From: Cenococcum geophilum
Lineage: Eukaryota
DNA: 64,000 nucleotides
Direction: 5' to 3'
NCBI GenBank assembly: GCA_050273025.1
Contig: CP158635.1
Location: forward strand, 3,348,001-3,412,000
Positions 40,501 to 53,129 of this stretch are shown piece by piece (the first letter of the stretch is position 1; each line of letters opens with the position of its first letter). The notes below the pieces were generated by a model. That model saw only the letters and a program-made list of their open reading frames with translations. It had not been told where the DNA came from and searched no databases. The position numbers were made by a program, and so were the translations under genes.

Positions 40501-43500
40501 CGTTTCTTAAAAGATATATTAGCTAGAAACGTATAGGATACCCTTTAGTTATACTAGATTAATATCTATTTAGGACCCCCTAATTAAATTATCTATAATA
40601 TAGGAAAGAATTTCTTATCTATAGAGTTCCAATAATAGATAAAGGTAATAGTAATTAAGGTTAAGGAAGTCCCTATTAAGGTATATAATAGTATTAGAAA
40701 AGTAGAGCAATATTACGCGCTATTACGCCGCGTATATAAGATTATCTCTTTAGAACTAAAGAACGCTAGTAAAAAACTTACCTTATAAATAGCTGTTAAA
40801 GCTATTAACAATTCCGCTAGCCTGGATGGACTTATACCTATATTACTAGTCTTTAGCACCTACCCTTAAATAACTAATAATTTTTTACTATCTCCCTCTA
40901 TTATATAATAAGCTGAGGCTATTTATAAGGCAATAAAGGAGGTATAACATCTCTACGCTATACGCTAGGTTAATAATGTATTAGGAATAAGAAATGGCCT
41001 AAACACCTTAACTATACTTAATCTGCCACTTTAGTCTAAAGTACGCGTATAGCGTAAAAAGGGAGGATAGTTAGGCCTATACTAACTTATTATAATTAAT
41101 AGCTAAACTTATACTATTTAGATGCCTTACAGACCCACTTAATTCTATTTAACTGTTATTAAGCCTTACTATAAAGATAATAATTCTAAGCCTTTATAGG
41201 ATGCCCTAGAAGATACCCTAGAGGAGAACCACAATTAACGTGCTCTAGAAGGCGACTATAATTCTAATATAATTATAGTAAATACGCTATAACTATAACG
41301 CGGTAGAGGTCGCCTAAAGGGATTACGAAATTACTAACATCTTATTAATTTTAAAGAATAATTTATTACCGCCATTAAGAATAGAGTTAAGTTATTAATG
41401 GCCTTTATAACAGCTAAAGAGAAGGCTAACTTTAAGCTTGTAAAATAGCTCTAAAAGGAAGGTCGTATTATAACCCTAGGAGCTCCTTTTTAAGTATTTA
41501 ATAAGTAGGAGATCGACGGTCTTATTATAAGAGGAGTCTTTAAATTTAAGAAGTATAACCCTACTAAGTTTAATAAAGTTCGTATCTTTAAGTTAAGGAT
41601 AGTTAATAAGATTAAGGGTAAAGCTATTAACGCCCTATTTAAGAAATTAAGGCTTATTATCTAAGGTTATAATAATAATAGTAAAGAGATAATTCTTATA
41701 TAATCTCCTATAATTTAACAAGCTAGTTAGCAAGTTATTATTATATTAGCTCCCTCCTTAATAAAGAATAGAATGGCGGTTTATTTATAAGATATCACTT
41801 AAGCCTACACCCAATTAAAGACGCACCTTTAACGCTTAATATTGGCGTATCTTCTAGAGCAAATTCGCCACTAATATCCTAAAGATACAATTATGGTTAT
41901 ACTTAAGCCATTATATAGAATTATAGAGGTAGGAACTTATTAGTAGGCTACCTATAGCAAGCACTATAAAGAGAAGCTTTTAATAACTATATCTACATTT
42001 AATCCCTGCTTCCTTATTATAACTATAGGAACTCTATTCAGAATTATTAGTATATAGACTAATAATACCATTATCTTAGGAGACGACCAATTCTTAGCTC
42101 TTAAAGAAGATAAGCTAGTAAAGGCAAATCTTATAGTAAAGCTAAAAGAAAAGCTTAATTTAATAATACTATTACTCTTTAATAGATATATCCTCTCCCT
42201 AAATAAGGACTCTATTGCTTTGCGCCAGAAGGGTTAAGTTAATTCCCTAAAGTAAGGATATATAGAGTAATACGCTTGCGGAGCTTATATTACTTCTATC
42301 TATTAACCTAAGGCTTTATTTAATCTCTCTGTTGCTGCCTAATACTAGAAACTAACTAAGGATGACGTTTTTACCCTAAATAAACGTCTTTCCTAGTAAA
42401 TAAACCATCTTAATTGGGGACTACTTTACGTGCCTATTAATCTTCCTACCGCTAAGCTCTTTATATTTATTAATAGATTATTTATAAATAATAAAAATTT
42501 TAGCTACTAGTTGGGATATAAAATTATTATTATAAACGAATTTACTAGAGAGAATAACTTTATAATCTATAGCAATCTTATCTATTAGAGCTTAACTAAG
42601 AGTAAGCGCGTTACCTAAAGTATTTTAGCGTTAGAGATATATAGAATAGTTAGCGGAGTTAATATAGCAATTACAATTGGAACTACCCTAAAGATAATTA
42701 TAGATTAACTTAAACTTCCTGTTATCCCTATAATTATATACACTAACTTATATTCCCTCTATAAGTGTTTAGTTAAGCTTAATACTATAAAGGAGAAGCG
42801 CCTTATAATTAATATTATAGCACTTTAGTAATCCTACAAGCGTTAAAAACTCTTTAAGATTTAATAAATTAATGGCTAAGATAACCTAGTAGATGTAATA
42901 ACGAAGGCGAACCTAAATAAGGCACTAGAGACGTTTGTTAATATAAATACTCTATATATATAAGTTAAAGGTTAGGTTAAAAGGGAGTCCTTAGAAATTT
43001 CTTAGTTATATAAGGTCTTAAGATATCTAGGAACTTTAACCAGCGGTTAAAGTTATCTAATTGGTTAGATTCTCTTGCTAAGACTTTTTTAGGAGGAGGG
43101 AGTATAACATTCTATAGACCCTAACTCAACTTAGCCAATTAGGATTTTCCATCCCCGGGATAGAAAATCGCTATTAGCTCGCTTACCACTAGCGCCTTAG
43201 TAAGTCTTGTAATATGTCCGCCTACTACCCTCCGAATATAATATCTACCTATAACTCCTAAGTAAGAAAGTACCACGTGCTAAGAGGTAAATTTTGGGAT
43301 AGCGAGACTTATATTATAATAGCAATAGTAAGTAAGGAGGATTAATATTTATTACGCTAGTTAAGCGGTATATATATATACAGATAGCAACTATAAAAGA
43401 AGAGTTGCTAGTGTTGGGAATAAAGGCAAGTGGTTACTATATGAGGTATATTGCCATCATATATAGCAAGTTGCCGTCACGTGCCGCCGCGGCACTAGCG

Positions 43501-43612
43501 TAGTGAGGAACCTTAAGTTCCTTACCCCTTTCTTTAATACGAACAATAAGAAGAATAATCATTATACTATCTACGAACCGTAGCTATATAATATCCCCTT
43601 ATGTAACCAACA
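37532..43612 (+). mobile_element. Ty1/copia LTR retrotransposon E4, inserted in the pol region of G1
   Basis: 201-bp LTRs 37532-37732 and 43412-43612, TSD CCTAG; collinear with E3; small internal deletion near 42238. Confidence 0.93.
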
Positions 43613-46444
43613 CCTAGTAAGGGGTTTAATATTCTTTAACCACTGTACTATAAACCTTTTATAGTAGTTATAAACCCCTAAAAATAACCTTAACTATATT
43701 ATATTCTCTAGTTCTTACTAGCTTACTATAGCTTAAATTTTCTTTAGGTCCATACTAATATAACCTAGTTTAATAATAAATTTAATAAAATTAGTTTTCC
43801 TTATAAAGAACTCGCATTTCTTAATTATTACTAGCATCTATTCTTCTTATAGTCTCTTTAAAACCTATTTAATGTATCCCCCGTGCTCTTCCTTAGTTAT
43901 TAAGTAGATAATATTATTATTAAAGTATACTATAATAAACTTATTAAGGTGTTCTCCTAACACACTATTAATTCTTTTCTAAAATGTCACTAGTGCATTT
44001 ATTAGCCTAAATTATATAACTAATAGTTTATATAGTCCTTCTCTTAACCTAAAGGCTGCTTTTTATTTATTGCCTTTCTTAATTCTAATCTAATAGTACG
44101 CCTATCTTAGATTTATCTTTATAAAGATTTACGTATTACCTATCCAATCTTAGATTTCGCTAATTAAGGGTAAAGGATACCTATCCTTCCGAGTAATACT
44201 ATTTAATTATCTATAATTAATATATAACCTAAGTTTTCTGTTCTTCTTTAGTATAAACAGTACTAGATAACCTACTAATAACTATAACAGTCTAATATAT
44301 CCCTTTTATAAGTTTTCTTAAATAAACTCCTTAAGTGCTCTAAATTCTTCTTCCATAAGCTTATAGGTTAGAAAAAACTTTAGACTTATTCCTAGTTCTA
44401 ACTCTATCTTATAGTCCTATACTATATAATCTACTAGCTTTTTACTTTCTAGGCTCTATAATTTCTTGCTATACTTATAGTATCTCTTTAGTACGTAATT
44501 TAAGCCTCGCTTAGTCTCTTTATATATTACTCCAACTTAGTACCATATTAGCTTAGTTTGCTATCGCATTTTTGTTACGGACGCTTTAAGTACAATATTA
44601 TAACTACTTAGAGAAGAGTCGGAAGAAGCTAGTTAGTTAATTTAGGCACGGTTTAGGATAGAGCCGGTAGAACTATATAACGAGGAATAGTAACCAAGGT
44701 TATATAACATGCTACGTATTAAATAAGAGAAATAAGAGGAACTTATGTACCTTATATATAAGACGTATATTACGTATAAGAAGGATTTTATAGGAGTACG
44801 GTTGTGTATTTAAGGACCCTTAATCCCTACCTAGATAGTTCCTTCCTTATAGTAATTCTTAGAATATAATTAGAGTTAATCTATTAGGCAACCACTCTAC
44901 CAGTTATTATTACGTTATTAACTTTAACTTATATTACCTACACACCTAGCCTATTAACGAGCCTATTGTAGTACTTACTACAAGGTTCCGTTATATAATT
45001 ACTACCTAGTTATAGTATTAAGTATAAAAAGTTAAATAACATGCCACTAAAAGCAGCCACTATAACGCCATTAACGGCGGCAACTACTTTAAGGTCAGGA
45101 GGCAGCACTAGTATAGTAAATACTAACTTATAACAACCTGTGATGGTTAGATAACTATAAGAGATAGTTAACTAATTAACAACCAATAATGCGGCGCTAG
45201 AAGAAAGGGTTAATAGGATAGGAGTAGTAAAGATTAAGTTACTATTAATTAAGAGATACTTAGGAGAGAGATTAAAGCTTAAGGGATTTCTTATATAAAT
45301 ATACTTTAAAGTTATATAAGAAGGGGTAAAGCTACTAATACTTATAGATCGAATAGCCTATGTGGGACTATTCCTATTAGGAAGGGTACTTAAATAGTTT
45401 AAGCCTTACCTTATAGAAATATAGGTAAATGGAATAATAACCACTAATTAGGAGGTGTAATTTATATTCTTAAGCTGGAAGGGATTTGTAGAGCGACTTA
45501 TATAAATATTTAGAGACCTAAAAGTAGTAACTATGGCGGAAAGAAAACTCTAAGATATTACGTAATAAACCTTAGCAATTAAGTATATAATATAGTTCCA
45601 GACGCTAGCTATATAAGTTAAGTGGAATAATAAGGCGCTTATGGCATAGTATAAATAAGGACTTAAGGCTAAAGTCTAGGACGTAATTATCCTAATGGAA
45701 GATATAGATACCCTAAGGGAACTAATATATTAAGCGATTAAGATTAATAATTAGATCTACTAAAGGGAACAGGCTAAGAGAGGCCAGGATAGAGTTTTAT
45801 AGTCATATAAGGCGTAGAGTACGCAACGACTAAAGTTAAGTTAGAAATTATAGTATAGCGCAGAGCTAATAGACCTAAGTAGTACTAAAGAAGCCTATAA
45901 GAGATAGAGTAAGAAACTATAGAAACCTAAAGGTTAAGGATTTAGTAATTATAGGACTAAGGAGCAAAGGCTAAACTAAAAATCTTAGTAGCAGAAGACA
46001 TTTAGGCGGACTCTATAGTAAAGTTAATAGTTTAAAGATAGAGCTTATATAAATTGCGGGAAATAAGGTTATTTCGCAAGGGATTGCAAAGATAGTTAGA
46101 GATACTATGTAATAAAGGGAACAAGACTAGAAGTAGACGATATATACATATAGAGGGATAATAGTATACTGCAAGGAATAAAAGAATATTTAATTAGAAG
46201 TTTTGCGTTTTATTATAATAACGTATACTAAATTTATAAAGACGCTAAGTATGGCGTAAGCTATTAGCTATAGGAGCTAAAATCTATAGAATATAGAGGA
46301 ACTAATAAACTAGTTCACAGATTGGATATTAAGGACAATGAATTTAATATAGGCGAAATATTCCGTAATAATAAGGTAATAAAGGCGGTTTACTAGGAAT
46401 ATATAGCTATCGGAGATATTATATAAGAGGTAGAGGATGATTTC

Positions 46445-46639
46445 TGTAACCGACTACCGGACCTTGCATATTACCCTGTTTCACCTGCGTCAGCACTACC
46501 CTCGTATGTCTCAGATACGTTGGAAATGAGTCATGGGCTTCGGAGTTCGGGGTCTACTTTCATGTATTTATACCACTTGATTTCCATAGATTTACAATCA
46601 AGTTGCTCGTTCAATTCCCACACACTGCAAAAGCTTACA
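46445..46639. mobile_element. Solo LTR of an unrelated family, 195 bp, inserted in G2
   Basis: TGTAA...TTACA termini, TSD ATTTC; absent from the matching G1 site; retains CpA/TpG dinucleotides. Confidence 0.88.
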
Positions 46640-47678
46640 ATTTCACTACAAAATAGGGAATATTAGTAGGGATTAAAACCCTACTAGATACAATATCTAT
46701 CGCTTTATAAGACGTAAGAGAAGTAGGATAATAAACTACTTCAGTACTCGATAAAGGCAAAAGGCTAAAGGCTTAAGATTCTTAAGACGAGATAAGAGAT
46801 AACTAAGATTCTTAAAATAAGATAAGGTAAGCTTAAGGACCTATAACGGATAAGAACCGATGGAGTAGAGTAGTAGCTTAGTTTAAAGATATACGAATAA
46901 GCTTAAGATAGAGTTTCCTATAGGTATAAGACTCTTAAGACAAGATAAATAAGATTTAAGACTTTTAAAATAAGATAAGAATACTTAAGCCTAGTTAAAC
47001 TAAGGTAGGAGTAAAGCTTAAGATAGAAGCTAGCTTAGGATTAAAGGACCTAAGGGACTAAAGATTTAGAGTATAAATAAAGGAACCTATAAGTAAGAGG
47101 TAAGGAGCTTCTTTATAGATTAGAGAATCTATAATATAAATAGCAGTTAGATTAGAAGATAGGTATATAGACCTAGAAGACTTACTAGAAGAATATAATA
47201 TTCAGCCTAAAGATCGAAAAGTTAATACTAAGATTAAGAAGTAAGATAACTTTAAGGATCTACTCGTAAGATGTAAAAAGAAAGAAACTATAAAGAAATT
47301 TAGGGCAAGAATTACCTTATAGCAAGATTAGAAACTAGATAAAAGATCTAGTATACTAGGTTATATAAGGGACAGAGCACCTATATAAAGGATTACTAAT
47401 AGGCCTAGAGCAGGCATACTAAGAGCTAAGTGGCTTACTAAACTAGAACAAAAAGAGGATTTAGGGATTTTAACTAGGTTTAAGGAACGATATATAAAAG
47501 GCTGTTATAACGTAGTAATAAGAAAATACTTCCTTACGGATAAGCCGTATATACTCTAGTAGCTGTACTAAAAGTAGTATAGGCAACGATATAATAATAA
47601 GTAGGAAGATTTCTATATATAGTTAGATAAGAAAGTTATTTAAAACTACCTAATTATTAAAAAAGCTATAAGTTATAT

Positions 47679-48697
47679 AATAATAATTCTTCTTTAATTA
47701 ACGTCTGATACGGATGCTATCTAGCCCCACGCAGACTACTCCGTACATAAGGGAAAAGTAATATTAACGGGAAAAAACCCTTGCTGCTAGGGGGAGGAAA
47801 AACCCTATAAGCCACCTCAGTAGGATAAAAAACCCCGATTTGCCATGTCCGTCTATAGCGGCGGCCCTATAGGCCTACGGCTACATCCTGTCCTCCTTAG
47901 ATGTTCGAACTCCTTGGGAACCACTGCTTCCTTCTCTAGCTTATCCAAGCTAGGGTTCACTACGTCCCAGCTAGGCCTTGCCAATTAATTGCTGTATTGT
48001 TATTGTTTCCCATATCTTAGCCATCCCCTATATACTATCTCTTGTTTAACCATTACTATATACGCCATGCCTTCCCCCCCCTAGGGCCTATCGAAGGCGT
48101 AAGGGGGATTCATCCGTTCTACTATCCTAATACTAAAAGCCGAAAGCGGGATATGTATACCTGGGTATCTTTTATACCTAGGCCCCAGTCACTAGGCCCT
48201 CTCTAAGGGCACCACTCTGTTAAGAGGAGACAAGGAAAACCATACGGGGTTGTATCCGGCTGTCGCTTTAGTAGTATTACGGCAGTACAGCGAGTGACCG
48301 CATGCTCCGCGGGCGATCGCCCTAGGGGTTAGGAGGGGCCGTATATTTGCTCATTTATTTACTCGTTTACGTTCGCTCATTCGTCGATATAAGAGGTTGT
48401 TAATACTTTCTATTGGGGGTCGGGGGATGCTATCGAATACTATATATCCATGTTGGATCGTACAGGTGCCCTGGATAGGAGAATAGTAGTAGTCGTCGTA
48501 TTATAGAGGGCCAACAGTAGTGGTTTTTAAGATCTCACCATCCGAAAACTTTTCACCACCGCCCTTAACGCCCACAACCACCACCAGGTCCTGTCCGCAC
48601 GCTATGCGACGTCTCTGCGTTGGCTCTGGATCTGAACTTCGAAGACCAGGTTCGTAGCCGTCACCACGTACAGGTGCAGAGTCCGTTTTCGACGGCC
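47679..48697 (-). mobile_element. Non-autonomous non-LTR retroposon (SINE-like), 1019 bp, with a 5' HDV-like ribozyme
   Basis: 14-bp TSD GCTATAAGTTATAT (47665-47678 and 48698-48711), single-copy at the matching G1 site (~54698-54713); short ATTATTATT tail on the - strand; no TIR, LTR or long ORF. Confidence 0.85.
48622..48697 (-). ncRNA. HDV-like (nested double pseudoknot) self-cleaving ribozyme candidate
   Basis: Hand fold: P1 GGCCGUC/GACGGCU (G1-U wobble), P3 ACC/GGU, L3 UGUACGU, P1.1 GU/AC, P4 (G)AAC/GUU, J4/2 CAGA, P2 GG(A)CUCUG/CAGAGCC. G1 is the first base after the TSD. Confidence 0.72.
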
Positions 48698-51600
48698 GCT
48701 ATAAGTTATATTAAAGGAGCTTTAATTATACTGTTAAAGGATTTAAAGGAGCAATTAGAGGACTAGAGAAGCAAGAGGCAAATTATAGTACCTACGAACG
48801 AAGTCGTAACGCTTAGATTAATATAAGAAAGGTTTAAACTTAAGAATAAAAACAAGCTAAGAGTTAACCTAAGACACTAAGCACATTATATATTGGTATA
48901 GATTGCGTATATAAATAATGCGTATAATATATATAGAGTACTAAAAGATAAGAACTAGAAGTACCTAGTAAGGATATATTAGTTATTAAATAAGGCGAAA
49001 TATTAAAACACTAAGTATATATATAGTTAGCACCCAGTAGAAGTATAAGCCTAAGGGGACTTAATACTTTAACCAGAAAGATTCCTTATAGAAGAATGCC
49101 TAGATAAATAATAGTAGTGGGAATACCTAAAGAACACGTGTCTATAGTATATTAAAGACAAAAAGCAAACTAAGTATTGGCTAAAAGTAGACTAAGTATA
49201 ACTAGGATTAAGCAGCTAATAGTTAAAAAAAGTAGAGGCCTATAGGACTAGAGGGAACTAGTAGTAGAGCCTTAGACCCTTAAAGGAATTTAAGGATAAT
49301 ACCTAAATTTATAAGTTAAATAGTAAGATTAACAGTTTAAAGCACTAATAGATAGTAGAGTAATAAGGAACTATATCTTACTAGTAGCAATTAAAAGAAT
49401 AGGATTACCGTATAGGAAAAAGGAGTACTCTTACCTATTAGTAATAATTTTAGGAAATCTAATAGCCTATGGAGGAGGCATTATTAACCTTAAAACAGGA
49501 CCTATTTAGTTAACTATTAAAAGGAGACAAATTAAGATATCTTTTAATATATTACTATTAGGGAATAATAAGGCAGTACTAGGAATGCCTTAGTTACAGG
49601 AATATAATCTAAAGATTAATTAGATTACAGGTTAGGTTAATATTAGAGATACTTAATACCGCAAGATATAATAATAGGCTAAGTTAGTATAGTACTAAGT
49701 TAGAGTAATATATAAAGAGACTAAGCGAGGCTTAAGTTATATACTAAAAAGATACTATAAGTATAGTAAGAAACTATAGTTACTAAAAAGTAAAAAGCTG
49801 TTAAAGTATATAGTATAGGATTATAAAATAGAATTAGAACTAGAAATAAGTCTAAGGTTCTTTCCAATCTATAAGCTTACTAAAGAAGAAGGTAGAGTAT
49901 TAAAAGAGTTTATCTAGGAAAATCTATAAAAGGGATATATTAGACCATCGCAATCATTAGCGGGTTATCTAGTACTATTTATACTAAAAAAGAACGGCAA
50001 ATTAAGGCTGTGTATTAACTATAAATAGTTAAATAGTATTACTAGAAAGGATAGGTATCCTTTACCCTTAATTAGCGAAATCTAAGATAGGATAGGCAAC
50101 GTATAAATCTTTATAAAGATAGATCTAAAATAGGCGTACTATTAAATCCGGATTAAGGAAGGCAATAAATAAAAGGCAGCCTTTAGGTTAAAGAAAGGAC
50201 TATATAAACTATTAGTTATATAATTCGGGCTTATAAACGTACTAGTAATGTTCTAAAAGTATATTAATAATATATTAGGAGAACACTTAGATAAATTTAT
50301 TATAGTATATCTTAATAATATTATTATCTACTTAATAACTAAGGAAGAATATAGAGAACACGTTAAATGGGTTTTAAAGAGACTATAAAAAGAATAGATG
50401 CTAGTAGTAATTAAGAAATGCGAGTTCTTTACTAGGAAGACCGATTTTGTTAAATTTATTATTAAACTAGGCCAACTTAGTATAGATCTAAAAAAGATTA
50501 AGGCTATAGTAAATTAGTAAGAACTAGAGAACGTTACGCAGTTAAGATTATTTTTAGGGGTTTGTAATTACTGCAAAAGGTTTATAGCGTAATAGTTAAA
50601 GGATATTAAACTATTTACGCGGTTAAGAAAGAAAGAAGAACTATAGGTATAGGGAGAAGAATAGTAAAAATTATTTAAAGAAGTTAAGAGGTTGTTTACC
50701 TAGGAGCTAGTTCTTAAGATCTATTAACTAGAACTAAAAACGGTTATAGAAACGGATATATTAGACTTTATACTAGGGGTATACTTTATATAGAAATATT
50801 AGGATAGATAGCACCTAGTAGCATACTATAGTCGGAAGATAATATTATTAGAGTTAAACTATAACATCTATAATAAGGAGTTATTAGGTATAGTTACAGC
50901 ATTAAAAAAATAAAGAGCATTCTTATAAGGTATAGAGAAACTATTTATAGTTAAAACGGATTATAAGAACCTAATAGAATTTCTAATAATAAAAGAACTT
51001 AATTAAAGATAGGTTAGATAGGCAGAGATACTTACGGAATACTATTTTAAGATTTAGTATACTAAAGGTACAGATAATATATAAGCAGATACTTTAAGTT
51101 AAAAGGCTAAACTATAAAATAACGAAAAGCCATTAGGGGCTTTACTGCGAAAAGATATAGATAGATTAATTAGGTATAATTATCTAAAGATTATAATAAC
51201 TTAAGAGGAACTAGATAAGGTTTATAAGTTACTAAAAAGCTTTTAGGTATAAAGAATTCTAGAAATATAGCTAAAAGATTTATAGACGGATATATATAAA
51301 AATTAAGAAGTAAAGTATATCCTAAGAAGCATAGTAGGATAATTTATAGAAGATTTCTATAAAGAAATAACTTAGGGACATAATAGAGCCACGGGCTTAG
51401 TGTTAAGACTCTAGAAGGAGTACATTATTAATAAAATCTAGGGCTTAGCGCAAAAAGTTATAAAAAAATATCTAGATTACTAAAGGAATAAACTAATAAG
51501 GCATAAGCTATATAGAGGGCTATAACCTATTAAAATACCAGAGAGACTATAGGAGGTTATATTATAGGACTTTATTATTAAGTTACTAAAATTAAGAGAT

Positions 51601-53018
51601 CCTATTACCGGATAAGATTATAATATAATTTTAGTAATAGTAGACAAGCTTACGAAGTAGGGATACTTTATAGCATATATAAAAGAAATATTAGTAAAAG
51701 ACGTCGCTAAAATCTATATTAAAGAAGTATTTGCAAGATACGGAGCATTAAGTAAAATTATATTAAATAGAGATCTAAGATTTATAGTAGTATTCTAAGA
51801 GGTATTCTTAGCAAAATAAGGAGTTAGAGCAGTAACTTTTACTATATATTATCCGCAGACAAATAGTTAAACGGAAAGATTAAATTAGACACTAGAACAG
51901 TATTTAAGGCACTATATTAATTACGCATAGAATAGTTAGATATTACTATTACTAATTATATAGTTTATATACAATATAATACCTTAAGAAGAGATAGGCA
52001 TATTACTATTTAAGGCAAATTACGGATACGAGCTAAGAATATTATTATTACTATAGTAAGTAAAGAAAACAAGTAGTATAGCTAAAGAAAGAATAAAGAT
52101 ATTAATAAATCTTTATATAGACCTTATAGAATTAGTAAAGAAAGTATAAGAGAAAATAAAAAAGTACTATAATATTAAGAGATTTAAGGGACCAGATCTT
52201 AAGGAGGGAGATAAAGTATAGCTACTATACAAAAATTTTAAGAGTTAATAACTAAGTAAGAAGTTAAACTACGTTAGGCTAGGACCTTTTAAAATTATAT
52301 AAAGGATTTTACTAGTTATATTTAAGTTAAACCTACTAGCTAAAATAAAAATTTACCCTATACAGTATATTATAATGCTAGAGCTAGTATATAGGAATAT
52401 TAAGCTACTAGTTTATAAAGTAGACACGTATAAAGAATAGGAAGAAGACAAATAGTAAGTTTTAAAGATTATTAGTTATAAGGATATTAACAATAAAATA
52501 TAGTATAAGGTTAAGTAGATAGGCTATACTAAGACTACTTAGGAACTACTAAAAAATTTAAAGAGCGCTATAGGAAAGGTATAGGAGTATTAGAAGAGAT
52601 TAGGTTAGGTAGTATTAATAAAAAAGGATTACTAAAGAATAAGTTACCTAAGGGGGACCTAAGAAGAGCAGTTACTAAACTACTTAAATCTATTTCCTTC
52701 TTAGCTAAAAAAGGATCTGTTTTTTTATTACTAAGTTCCTATAGACCCTATTCTATAAGTTTTTACTCCTTAAAATAGACCTTCTTATAAACCTTCTTAA
52801 GACGGAGTAAACGAGTAGACGCCGCAATGCAAATATCTAGGGCCTTCTATTCCGCGTCCTAAGAACGTTTTAACTTAATAAGGGCTTAAGATAGTTTATT
52901 ATCTAGCTATATAGCAGTAGATTAAATATAAAACCCTAAGATAAATTAATTAGGGAACTAGACGACTAATAAAAGTAATAGGTTACGTATATTTAGCATT
53001 AGAGGTAGAGCAAACGTT

Positions 53019-53129
53019 ATAAGACAAACAAATATTTACTTTAGTATACTCTAAATAAGAGGACGGTTATTACGAAGATAGACTCGCTAACATAATATAA
53101 ACTAACCCTTCTTTTAAATAATAAGAATA
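53019..53129 (-). pseudogene. Zn2Cys6-like motif relic of an antisense ORF of G2
   Basis: Six in-frame TAT codons (the RIP product of TGT/TGC) at zinc-cluster spacing, between the chromodomain and the 3' LTR. Confidence 0.6.

Noticed and set aside
44996..45010. Possible self-priming site: TAATTACT could be RIPed TGGTTGCC, complementary to GGCAACCA in the LTR
   Set aside because: Only 8 nt, needs four assumed reversions, and G1 has a different sequence (CATTTACT) at this position.
47679..48620. Hammerhead core, tRNA/5S head or LINE ORF2 remnant in the retroposon body
   Set aside because: No convincing CUGANGA/GAAA core, A/B boxes or RT motifs seen; RIP could have obscured them.
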